Positions 55,501 through 61,916 of a stretch of DNA of 64,000 bases are shown piece after piece. Under the pieces are notes generated by a model. It saw only the letters and a program-made list of their open reading frames with translations. It was not told the origin of the DNA and did not search any database. The position numbers and the translations under genes were made by a program. Source of the DNA: a virus; the IMG/VR virus record IMGVR_UViG_3300027736_000027, positions 46,951-110,950 of that record; one strand, given 5' to 3'. Numbering within the stretch: position 1 is the stretch's first letter; every line of letters begins with the position of its first letter.

Positions 55501-58144
55501 TTGAACCGGAAGTACCACTTGAACCGTCTATTCCCGAAGAACCAGAACTACCGCTTGAACCTGAAATACCAGAAGTTCCACTTGATCCCGATATACCAGA
55601 AGTTCCACTTGATCCCGATATACCAGAAGTTCCACTTGAACCAGATGTACCATTTATTCCGGATATACCAGAAGTACCAGAAGAACCTGAAATACCCGAG
55701 CTACCACTTGAACCAGAAGAACCAGAAGTTCCACTTGAACCAGATGAACCGCTTGAACCGGAAGAACCAGAACTACCGCTCGAACCAGCCGTACCAGAAG
55801 AACCAGCCGTTCCTGAAGTACCACTTGAACCGTCTATACCGCTTGAACCTGATGTACCGGAGGTACCATTTACCCCTGAAGTTCCTGAGCTACCACTTAT
55901 TCCTGATGTTCCTGAGCTACCACTTATTCCGCTTGAACCTGAAGTACCGTTTATACCAGAAATACCAGAAGTGCCACTTGAACCATTTATACCGCTTGTT
56001 CCACTTGAACCCGATGTACCAGAAGAACCAGAAGTTCCGCTTGAACCAGATTCACCACTTGAACCGCTTGATCCTGAGGTTCCGCTCGAACCAGAAGAAC
56101 CAGAGCTACCGCTTATTCCACTTGAACCTGAAGTTCCAGATGAACCGTCAATTCCAGAAGTACCGCTTGAACCTGAAATACCGGAGCTACCGCTTGAACC
56201 TGAAGTTCCTGAGCTACCACTTATTCCACTTGAACCTGATGTTCCATTTATTCCTGAAATACCAGAAGTTCCGCTTGAACCATTTATACCACTTGTTCCG
56301 CTTGAACCATTTATACCAGACGTACCACTTGAACCTGATGTTCCAGCTGTACCAGAAGTTCCGCTTGAACCATCTGAACCTGATGTTCCTGAGCTACCGC
56401 TTGAACCAGAAGAACCGCTTGAACCTGAAGAACCAGAAGTTCCACTTGAACCTGAAGAACCAGAAATTCCACTAGAACCAGAAGTTCCAGAAATTCCACT
56501 TGTTCCACTTGAACCTGAACTACCGCTTATTCCACTTGAACCTGATGTTCCATTTATACCAGAAATACCGGAAGTTCCGGAAGAACCATTTATACCAGAA
56601 GTACCACTTGAACCAGATGTTCCTGAACTACCGCTTGAACCATCTGAACCGGAAGAACCACTTGAACCAGAAATACCCGAACTACCACTTGAACCGTCAG
56701 AACCTGATGTACCAGAAGTTCCATTTGAACCTGCTGCTCCATTTATTCCTGATATACCTGAAGTTCCAGAAGAACCATTTATACCACTTGTTCCACTAGA
56801 ACCGGCCGTTCCACTAGAACCAGAAGTACCGGAAGTTCCGCTTGAACCATTAGACCCAGAGGTTCCAGATGAACCAGAAGTTCCGCTTGAACCAGATGTT
56901 CCATTTATACCGGAAATACCAGAAGTACCGCTTGATCCATTTATACCACTTGTTCCACTTGAACCATTAGAACCAGAAGTTCCACTAGAACCATTAGACC
57001 CAGAAGTTCCAGACGAACCAGAAGTTCCACTTGAACCGGCTGTACCAGAAGTACCGTTAGAACCAGACGTTCCGTTTATTCCTGAAATACCCGAAGTTCC
57101 ATTTGAACCCGACGTACCGCTTGAACCAGAAGTTCCACTTGATCCTGAGGTTCCACTTGAACCGCTTGATCCTGAGGTTCCACTTGAACCAGAAGAACCA
57201 GAGCTACCACTTAAACCATCAGAACCCGAAGTTCCACTTGAACCAGAAGAACCAGAGCTACCGCTTGAACCTGAAGTTCCAGAAGAACCGTCTATACCAG
57301 ATGTTCCCGAGCTTCCGCTTAAACCTGAAGTTCCAGAGCTTCCACTTGAACCCGATGTACCAGAAGAACCAGAAGTTCCGCTTGAACCAGATGTTCCAGA
57401 CGAACCTGCTGTTCCTGAGCTTCCGCTTAAACCTGAGGTTCCAGAGCTTCCACTTAAACCTGAGGTTCCAGAAGAGCCACTAGTTCCACTTGACCCAGTA
57501 ATACCTGATGTACCAGACGTTCCACTTGTACCTACACTATCCGCAAGGGTATCACCAATATAATAAAAACCACGAATATATGGATTAATTGTTCCATAGG
57601 TTGAAGTTAAATAGGTAACCATTGAATCTGATAATAATAAAAGACCATTATCATAATTAAATACCCAGCTTACCTCAGTGCCAGCATTAGCCGTTGTTGT
57701 AATTTGAGTACCGCCACTTGCTGGATCTCCATTCCAGAATTCAATAGCCCAACCGATTGATGGTGAGCCGCTTGCTTGTAAAATCTTTTGAGGTTGAATC
57801 CAATCAAGTATTTGCGTTGTTATATCTCCATATGTACCGGCTACTACCCAGGTAGTATTATTACCAGATATAACTTGAGTTAATCTTATTCCAGTGGTAT
57901 ATGCATTTGCAACTATTCCATCTAGTGGATTACCGTTACCTAACAGAGCAAGAGCTGCTGCCTTATTTGCAACTGGGTTAGATTTAATTGCAGCAAACTG
58001 AGTTAATACCCTATTTGCTGCGATATTTGGATTAAAAGCAAATTTGGCCTCATACCAACTAAAATTAGAGGCAGCATCTATTACGTTTGCTGCTTGAACT
58101 TTAAATACGAGTTTTAATCTTTCACTATCAGTATATCCGGCCAT
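46586..58144 (-). CDS. Giant 3852-aa Ser/Gly/Thr-rich collagen-like (Gly-X-Y) fibre protein
   Basis: ~204-aa N-domain, 3447 aa of G-[STI]-[SND] triplets, and a ~200-aa C-domain resembling capsid cement/decoration domains. Confidence 0.85.
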   Translation of the reverse strand: MAGYTDSERLKLVFKVQAANVIDAASNFSWYEAKFAFNPNIAANRVLTQFAAIKSNPVANKAAALALLGNGNPLDGIVANAYTTGIRLTQVISGNNTTWVVAGTYGDITTQILDWIQPQKILQASGSPSIGWAIEFWNGDPASGGTQITTTANAGTEVSWVFNYDNGLLLLSDSMVTYLTSTYGTINPYIRGFYYIGDTLADSVGTSGTSGTSGITGSSGTSGSSGTSGLSGSSGTSGLSGSSGTAGSSGTSGSSGTSGSSGTSGSSGSSGTSGLSGSSGTSGIDGSSGTSGSSGSSGSSGSSGTSGSDGLSGSSGSSGSSGTSGSSGSSGTSGSSGTSGSSGTSGSNGTSGISGINGTSGSNGTSGTAGSSGTSGSSGTSGSNGSSGTSGSNGSSGTSGINGSSGTSGISGINGTSGSSGTSGSSGTSGSNGSSGTSGTSGSSGTAGSSGTSGINGSSGTSGISGINGAAGSNGTSGTSGSDGSSGSSGISGSSGSSGSDGSSGSSGTSGSSGTSGINGSSGTSGISGINGTSGSSGISGSSGSSGTSGISGTSGSSGISGSSGSSGTSGSSGSSGSSGSSGSSGTSGSDGSSGTSGTAGTSGSSGTSGINGSSGTSGINGSSGTSGISGINGTSGSSGISGSSGTSGSSGSSGISGSSGTSGIDGSSGTSGSSGISGSSGSSGSSGTSGSSGSSGESGSSGTSGSSGTSGSSGTSGINGSSGTSGISGINGTSGSSGISGSSGTSGISGSSGTSGVNGTSGTSGSSGIDGSSGTSGTAGSSGTAGSSGSSGSSGSSGSSGSSGTSGSSGSSGSSGISGSSGTSGISGINGTSGSSGTSGISGSSGTSGISGSSGTSGISGSSGSSGSSGIDGSSGTSGSSGSSGTSGSSGISGSSGTSGTAGTSGSDGSSGTSGSSGTSGINGSSGTSGISGINGTSGSSGISGSSGTSGISGSSGTSGISGSSGTSGFDGSSGSSGTSGISGSSGSSGSSGSSGTSGISGSSGTSGTSGNDGSSGSSGISGSSGTSGISGINGTSGSSGISGSSGTSGISGSSGTSGSDGSSGTSGSDGSSGSSGSSGTSGTAGSSGTSGSDGSSGSSGSSGTSGSSGSSGESGSSGTSGSSGTSGINGSSGTSGISGVNGTSGSSGTSGSSGTSGSSGISGSSGTSGISGSSGTSGISGSSGSSGSDGSSGSSGTSGISGSSGTSGSSGIDGSSGTSGSSGSSGTSGSSGTSGINGSSGTSGISGINGTSGSSGTSGISGSSGTSGSSGTSGLAGSSGTSGLAGSSGTSGSDGSSGTSGISGSSGTSGSDGSSGTSGSSGSSGTSGSSGSSGASGSSGSSGTSGINGSSGTSGISGINGTAGSSGSSGTSGINGSSGTSGSSGIGGSSGTSGSSGTSGFDGSSGSSGTSGISGSSGTSGSSGTSGSSGSSGESGSSGTSGSSGSSGTSGSSGTSGINGSSGTSGISGVNGTSGSSGTSGSSGSSGTSGSSGESGSSGSSGTSGSSGIDGSSGTSGSSGTSGSSGSSGSSGTSGTSGASGSSGTSGSSGSSGTSGSSGSSGTSGINGSSGTSGISGINGTSGSSGISGSSGSSGSSGTSGSNGTSGTAGSDGSSGTSGSSGTSGINGSSGTSGSSGSSGTAGSSGTSGSSGTSGSSGTSGSSGSSGTSGSSGSSGTSGINGSSGTSGISGVNGTSGSSGTSGSSGISGSSGSSGTSGSSGTSGISGSSGTSGSDGSSGSSGISGSSGTSGSSGTSGSSGTSGSSGSSGTSGSSGSSGSSGSSGTSGINGSSGTSGISGINGTSGSSGISGSSGSSGTSGSSGTSGSSGSSGTSGLAGSSGTSGSDGSSGTSGISGSSGTSGSDGSSGSSGSSGSSGTSGSSGSSGTSGSSGSSGTSGINGSSGTSGISGINGTSGSSGSSGTSGINGSSGTSGTSGSSGISGSSGSSGTSGSSGIDGSSGTSGSSGTSGSSGSSGSSGTSGSSGTSGSSGSSGSSGSSGSSGTSGINGSSGTSGISGVNGTSGSSGISGSSGSSGTSGISGSSGSSGTSGISGSSGTSGSSGTSGSSGTSGNDGSSGSSGSSGSSGSSGTSGTSGSSGTSGLNGSSGTSGISGSSGTSGISGINGTSGSSGTSGSSGTSGISGSSGTSGSDGSSGTSGSSGTSGFDGSSGTSGSSGSSGTSGSSGSSGTSGSSGISGSSGTSGSSGSSGTSGSSGTSGINGSSGTSGISGINGTSGSSGSSGSSGNSGSSGTSGSSGTSGISGSSGTSGSSGTSGFDGSSGTSGSSGSSGTSGTSGSSGSSGTSGSSGSSGTSGSSGSSGNSGSSGTSGISGINGTSGSSGTSGSSGSSGASGSSGSSGTSGSDGSSGSSGTSGISGSSGTSGTTGTSGSSGTSGTSGSSGSSGTSGSSGTSGSSGTSGFDGSSGTSGSSGNSGSSGTAGSSGSSGTSGSSGTSGSSGSSGTSGSSGSSGTSGTSGSSGATGSSGTSGISGINGTSGSSGISGSSGSSGTSGSSGSSGTSGSDGSSGTSGSSGISGSSGTSGSSGSSGTSGSSGSSGTSGSSGSSGTSGSSGSSGISGSSGSSGTSGSSGSSGTSGSSGSSGTSGSSGSSGSSGSSGSSGASGSSGTSGTSGSSGTSGISGINGTSGSSGTSGINGSSGTSGISGSSGTSGINGSSGTSGSSGTSGSSGSSGTSGSSGSSGTSGSSGSSGVSGSSGTSGSSGTSGSSGSSGTSGSSGTSGINGSSGTSGSSGTSGSSGSSGTSGSSGSSGTSGSSGSSGTSGSSGTSGINGSSGTSGINGSSGTSGSSGSSGTSGSSGSSGTSGSSGLSGVNGIDGSSGTSGINGSSGTSGINGSSGTSGSSGTSGSSGSSGTSGSSGSSGTSGSSGSSGTSGINGSSGTSGINGSSGTSGSSGSSGTSGSSGSSGTSGSSGTSGSSGTSGSSGSSGTSGTSGSSGSSGTSGISGINGTSGSSGSSGSSGSSGTSGISGSSGSSGSSGSSGISGSSGTSGSSGTSGTAGSSGTSGSSGSSGSSGSSGSSGTSGSSGSSGISGSSGTSGISGINGTSGSSGTSGINGSSGTSGSSGTSGSNGSSGTSGSSGSSGTSGINGSSGTSGSSGTSGSSGLSGSSGSSGSSGESGSSGTSGSSGSSGTSGSSGSSGSSGTSGSSGSSGTSGISGSSGTSGSSGSSGTSGSSGSSGSSGTSGISGSSGTSGISGINGTSGTSGATGSNGSSGSSGSSGTSGSSGTSGSSGSSGSSGTSGINGSSGTSGISGSSGSSGTSGSSGTSGSSGSSGSSGSSGSSGSSGTSGVSGSSGTSGISGTSGSSGSSGTSGSSGSSGSSGTSGSSGTSGSSGSSGSSGTSGLSGSSGTSGISGVNGTSGTSGANGSSGTSGNSGSSGSSGTSGNSGSSGTSGLNGANGSSGTSGSSGTSGSSGSSGSSGSSGSSGSSGTSGSSGSSGSSGTSGINGSSGTSGTSGATGSNGSSGTSGSSGSSGTSGSSGSSGTSGSSGSSGSSGTSGSSGSSGTSGISGSSGTSGISGVNGTSGTSGGTGSNGSSGTSGSSGSSGTSGATGSNGLNGSSGTSGSSGSSGATGSNGSSGTSGSSGSSGSSGATGSSGSSGTSGSSGATGSNGSSGSSGTSGSSGTSVAVSGTNNTLVKFTSSSTVGNSTITDDGTNIKATTTSLVAGYNPTPLAGTIQDGVTSVLGDLNSWTSNYYQGTVLYSETAGGTITFGQLCYRTQTNTWILADATAANSAAAFNMLGICVKSSTSTNPTSILINGFVETATYAAVVKSGEPLYMATTAGSMTKTAPTTVGNAVRLIGHTFWSSNTNTKIIIHFNPESSWIEL
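47192..57532 (-). repeat. 10,341-nt coding repeat = 1149 x 9 nt (Gly-X-Y), synonymously diverged, with a ~300-340-nt higher-order period
   Basis: Distance from the first to the last triplet is an exact multiple of 9; the GISG[IV]NGTS marker recurs periodically. Confidence 0.9.
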
Positions 58145-58151
58145 TTAATTA

Positions 58152-58379
58152 TTAAATTATTTCAGGTGTTTCATCTATTTCATTTGAAGGTACTATAGTA
58201 TTTTCATCAATTTCTAAGCTAAATAGCTGAGCTTGATATTCAGCAACCATAATATTAAATTCGTTTAGACTAGTTTTAAATACATTAACCATTTCATCTG
58301 AAACCTTCATACTTAAAGACACTGACTGTTTTTCTTTATTTATTTTTACTTTTAGTTTTTTATCAAAGCTTTTTTCCAT
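58152..58379 (-). CDS. Small hypothetical protein
   Basis: 75-aa ORF between the two Ser/Gly-repeat genes. Confidence 0.6.
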   Translation of the reverse strand: MEKSFDKKLKVKINKEKQSVSLSMKVSDEMVNVFKTSLNEFNIMVAEYQAQLFSLEIDENTIVPSNEIDETPEII

Positions 58380-58394
58380 TATTATGATTTATTT

Positions 58395-60857
58395 TTAATT
58401 AAAGGCAACGGTTATTGTATCAATTTTTATTCCACTATTACAAATTCTAATTTCAACATATATTCCATTTGTTGCATTAAATCCTCCAAAGGTACCATTA
58501 ATTGTGCCTCCGCTTGAAGAGCCTAATCTAATTCCTGGAGTATCAGTACCAGAGGTACTTCCATCAACAAATGTACCATTATCATATTCTGCACCGTGTA
58601 GCAGAAGAGGAGGTGAACCTGTCCCATAGTTACCAGATGTTGCTCCAATTTTTCTAACAAATACTTTTAAATATTGATTTTGTAAATCACTTAGTGCGGT
58701 ACCAACAAAGGTTCCAGAAAATACCATTGAAAAGCTTGGAATTGGAGTAACTGAGGCACTTAGTGTTGTATAAAATAACCTATAAAAACTGGCATCATTT
58801 GAAAAACTTGTATAGTTAGGATTTGTACCATTTTTATCAGGTTTATAGGCAGCAAGATTAGGTTGAATGGTTGCCGTACTTGGATCAGTTAAAAAGAATC
58901 TATCTGGTCTAACAATTGTTCCACCAACAACACAAGCTTCGCCATTTGATAACGCAGCGGTTGGATCCCATGCAGTTGAATAGTTTGAGGCTAATCTCCA
59001 TTGTTCATCATTAAAATACTCAATATATTGAGTGCTATTACCTGAGGTTGAATATGTGTCTACTAGTATTGAAGTACTTGCCGAAGTTTTGGTTGCACTA
59101 TTGCTCCATGGATCATATAATATAGCTGAGGCACTTCCACTAGTTCCACGATATCTATAATTTGAGGTAGAAACATCCCAACTTGCATAGGAATAGCTGT
59201 CATCAGTATCGTCATATGCATTAGTCCAGCCAGTCCAGGTACCTGGCCCTTGAGACCATGAATATTCAGCAAGAGCTGTAACTCCATAATTTGCTGCAGT
59301 AAATGAAAAATTTGTATTTGCTGCGCTTGCTCGACCCTGTGTATTTTGATTTAAATTATTAATTTTATCAACTGCCCCTTCGAATCTAGAACCAAGAATA
59401 TAATATTCAATGCCACTAAGGTGTTTTGTTAAAATATTACCTGAGGTACCTGATTCAGAAATGGTAGCAACCGACGCACCTCCAAAACTTGGAGTAGAGC
59501 CATTTAAGTCATAAAAAGCGTCAGGTTGAATATATGAATATTCAGTCCCGCCGTCAGTTGCCGTATCAGTAGTATGTGTTACTTTAATATGATATCTGCC
59601 TCCGCTTAATGAAGTTGTAGTAAATACAGTTCCAACATTTACCGCTGCTGCAATTGAGGCTTTATATTTTAAACCGTCTGCTGCATAATTAGTGATAGTT
59701 ACAGTTATTCCAGCATTCGGCGAAGAAGAGGTATTTACAGCATTTGCTGTGATTGATGGAGTTGTATAGGTTGCAAGAACCGTGGTTCCATCTCCGCTAA
59801 ACATTTCGACTTTAACCGTTGAATTTCCACCAACTCCCGTTACCGCATTTGCTGTTGAAAAAGTAACAGTTGGTTGAGAGGTTGTATGAGTTACAGAGGC
59901 TTGAGAGGTTGCGGCCCATAGTGAATTTGAACCTCCACCTGTATAATATGGAGAACCTTCTGTTGTTGGCGAGCTAATTCGAACAGTTCTTCTAGTAATT
60001 CCACTTTCACTAACTGCTCCTGAACTTGTTCCAGAAGTTGAATTATAATTACTTGCATAGGTTGGTGTTGGAATATAGATGTTGATTGTTGAAGCGTCTC
60101 CAGGTTTTTCAGCTGCATAAACACTGGTTCCAACAAAGTTAACCTTTGCATATGATCCAACAAGTCCGCCTTCATCATAAAATTGAATTGAACCGCCGGT
60201 TGCAGCTACATCAACTTGACCTGATGTTCCAGAAGTTGAAACGGTAAGGCCTGAACCAAAATTTATTATTTGAGTATTTGATAAAACAGAAGTTCCGCTT
60301 GTCTGTATTGCAACAGAAGAGCCAGTTCCAGATGTTCCACTTGAACCGCTTATGCCGGAAGTTCCAGAAGAACCATTTATACCTGAAGTTCCAGAAGAAC
60401 CACTTGAACCGCTTATGCCGGAAGTTCCAGAAGAACCATTTATACCTGAAGTTCCAGAAGAACCACTTGAACCGCTTATGCCGGAAGTTCCAGAAGAACC
60501 ACTTGAACCGCTTATGCCGGAAGTTCCAGAAGAACCACTTGAACCGCTTATGCCGGAAGTTCCAGAAGAACCACTTGAACCGCTTATGCCGGAAGTTCCA
60601 GAAGAACCACTTGAACCGCTTATGCCGGAAGTTCCAGAAGAACCACTTATGCCTGATGTACCTGAAGTTCCACTTATACCTGATGTACCTGAAGTTCCAC
60701 TAGAGCCTGATCCACCGGTTCCGCTTGTTCCAGCCTGTGGAGAATCATTCCAATATACTACTGTTCCAGTATCATTTATTGCTAGAAATCTAGTTTTAGT
60801 ATTATCTTGAGAAACCCCGGCAAGGTCAATTTGTTTAATTTTAATCTTATTCGACAT
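58395..60857 (-). CDS. Structural protein with a short Ser/Gly/Thr Gly-X-Y repeat and a Ser/Thr-rich beta region
   Basis: ~140 aa of SGTSGISGSS repeats near the N-terminus; GATAAATA upstream at 60885-60892. Confidence 0.75.
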   Translation of the reverse strand: MSNKIKIKQIDLAGVSQDNTKTRFLAINDTGTVVYWNDSPQAGTSGTGGSGSSGTSGTSGISGTSGTSGISGSSGTSGISGSSGSSGTSGISGSSGSSGTSGISGSSGSSGTSGISGSSGSSGTSGISGSSGSSGTSGINGSSGTSGISGSSGSSGTSGINGSSGTSGISGSSGTSGTGSSVAIQTSGTSVLSNTQIINFGSGLTVSTSGTSGQVDVAATGGSIQFYDEGGLVGSYAKVNFVGTSVYAAEKPGDASTINIYIPTPTYASNYNSTSGTSSGAVSESGITRRTVRISSPTTEGSPYYTGGGSNSLWAATSQASVTHTTSQPTVTFSTANAVTGVGGNSTVKVEMFSGDGTTVLATYTTPSITANAVNTSSSPNAGITVTITNYAADGLKYKASIAAAVNVGTVFTTTSLSGGRYHIKVTHTTDTATDGGTEYSYIQPDAFYDLNGSTPSFGGASVATISESGTSGNILTKHLSGIEYYILGSRFEGAVDKINNLNQNTQGRASAANTNFSFTAANYGVTALAEYSWSQGPGTWTGWTNAYDDTDDSYSYASWDVSTSNYRYRGTSGSASAILYDPWSNSATKTSASTSILVDTYSTSGNSTQYIEYFNDEQWRLASNYSTAWDPTAALSNGEACVVGGTIVRPDRFFLTDPSTATIQPNLAAYKPDKNGTNPNYTSFSNDASFYRLFYTTLSASVTPIPSFSMVFSGTFVGTALSDLQNQYLKVFVRKIGATSGNYGTGSPPLLLHGAEYDNGTFVDGSTSGTDTPGIRLGSSSGGTINGTFGGFNATNGIYVEIRICNSGIKIDTITVAFN
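60451..60630. repeat. Five perfect tandem 36-nt repeats encoding SGISGSSGSSGT
   Basis: GTTCCAGAAGAACCACTTGAACCGCTTATGCCGGAA x5, with another copy at 60388-60423. Confidence 0.9.
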
Positions 60858-60913
60858 CTAGGTAAAGGTTTTTTCTTCTGATATTATTTATCAGCAAAAA
60901 CCTAGATAATAAA

Positions 60914-61870
60914 TTAGGACCTCATTTCTTTTGCATAAATAATTGCATCTACGTATTTAGCAGATGCAGTATCCTGATCTATATTGGAAAAATCAAATTC
61001 AAATGGATTTCTATTAATAAATTCGCCTTTATAAAAAACCTTGCCTTCTTGATTTGAGGTAATTCCAGCATTGTGCATTATATTATTATTTAAATATTCA
61101 GCTAAATTAGAACTACCCCAACTAAATGAAAGGCCTGGCTCAATTACAGTTTGTGCACCTAATTTCCAAGCTCCCCAAAGAACTGCCCACATATCAGCAC
61201 ACCATTTTTGAACTGGATTATACACCTGTAATTCTTCTGGAGTTAAGGTAGTTCTTTCTAAATTTTCTCGATCTACCATATATTTGTAAAGAGCTAGTGA
61301 ATCATCTTTTACACCTTTCCAATAATTAGCGGTTACACCTTTCATTAAATATTGGGCTCCACCTGAATTTTTTTGATTTTGATCAACCACCTCTGGTAAA
61401 ATTCCAACAATATTACACATATCAACAAATAGATCATTTGATTTTGATCTAATATATTCAGCACCAATATACGAAATTGTATCACTTAAATACCAATAAA
61501 GATCCCCGTGCATTTCATCAAAATTTGGTAATTCTCTAAAAATAATATCTGAATCATGATATAAAATAGTTTCACCTCTAAGTTCTGGATACTTAATAAA
61601 ATGCTGTTCAATAATATCAGGTCTTAGAATTGGAATATATCCAAAATTATCAATAGGGGTTTTTTTATAGCTAAAAAATCTAACATATGGATACTTTGCG
61701 CTTAATGATAATAGTTCTACGGAAGGTTCATTATCATAGGCCCATAGAATTTCAATCCAATTTGGATTAATTCCGTGTTTAATAAAATTATGAATCATTA
61801 CCTCAACTTGCCAATGAAAATACGGCACATCTGGTTGAGCTGATAAAAATATGATTTTCTTTGTTAACAT
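60914..61870 (-). CDS. GT-A glycosyltransferase resembling plant peptidyl-serine galactosyltransferase / hydroxyproline arabinosyltransferase (SERGT1/HPAT)
   Basis: YFHWQVEVMIHNF, YIPILRP, YHDSDIIF (DxD) and KWCADMWAVLWGA correspond to recalled SERGT1 motifs YFDWQ..GLMHSF, YPAINKP, ILDADM and WISEMYGYSFGA. Confidence 0.65.
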   Translation of the reverse strand: MLTKKIIFLSAQPDVPYFHWQVEVMIHNFIKHGINPNWIEILWAYDNEPSVELLSLSAKYPYVRFFSYKKTPIDNFGYIPILRPDIIEQHFIKYPELRGETILYHDSDIIFRELPNFDEMHGDLYWYLSDTISYIGAEYIRSKSNDLFVDMCNIVGILPEVVDQNQKNSGGAQYLMKGVTANYWKGVKDDSLALYKYMVDRENLERTTLTPEELQVYNPVQKWCADMWAVLWGAWKLGAQTVIEPGLSFSWGSSNLAEYLNNNIMHNAGITSNQEGKVFYKGEFINRNPFEFDFSNIDQDTASAKYVDAIIYAKEMRS

Positions 61871-61875
61871 ACTAA

Positions 61876-61884
61876 ATTATACTA
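61876..61884 (-). promoter_or_regulatory. TAGTATAAT element, 5 nt before the glycosyltransferase ATG
   Basis: ATTATACTA on the + strand; recurrent motif. Confidence 0.6.
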
Positions 61885-61916
61885 AAAAATTAGTTATGGA
61901 TTTAGTTAAGTGTGTG

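Noticed and set aside
47192-57532. Numerous N-G-S/T sequons suggesting N-glycosylation
   Set aside because: Any Asn in the Y position of this repeat creates a sequon automatically, and no oligosaccharyltransferase-like gene is visible.
47151-57563. 3470-aa + strand ORF (PEVPLE repeats) and the many short ORFs in other frames across 47-57.5 kb
   Set aside because: This is the antisense shadow of the Gly-Ser-Thr repeat, whose codons yield no stops in that opposite frame. It has no unique domains and ends where the repeat ends.
60388-60630. 36-nt direct repeats of CRISPR-like length
   Set aside because: The repeats are head-to-tail without unique spacers, lie in frame within a CDS, and no cas operon is present.
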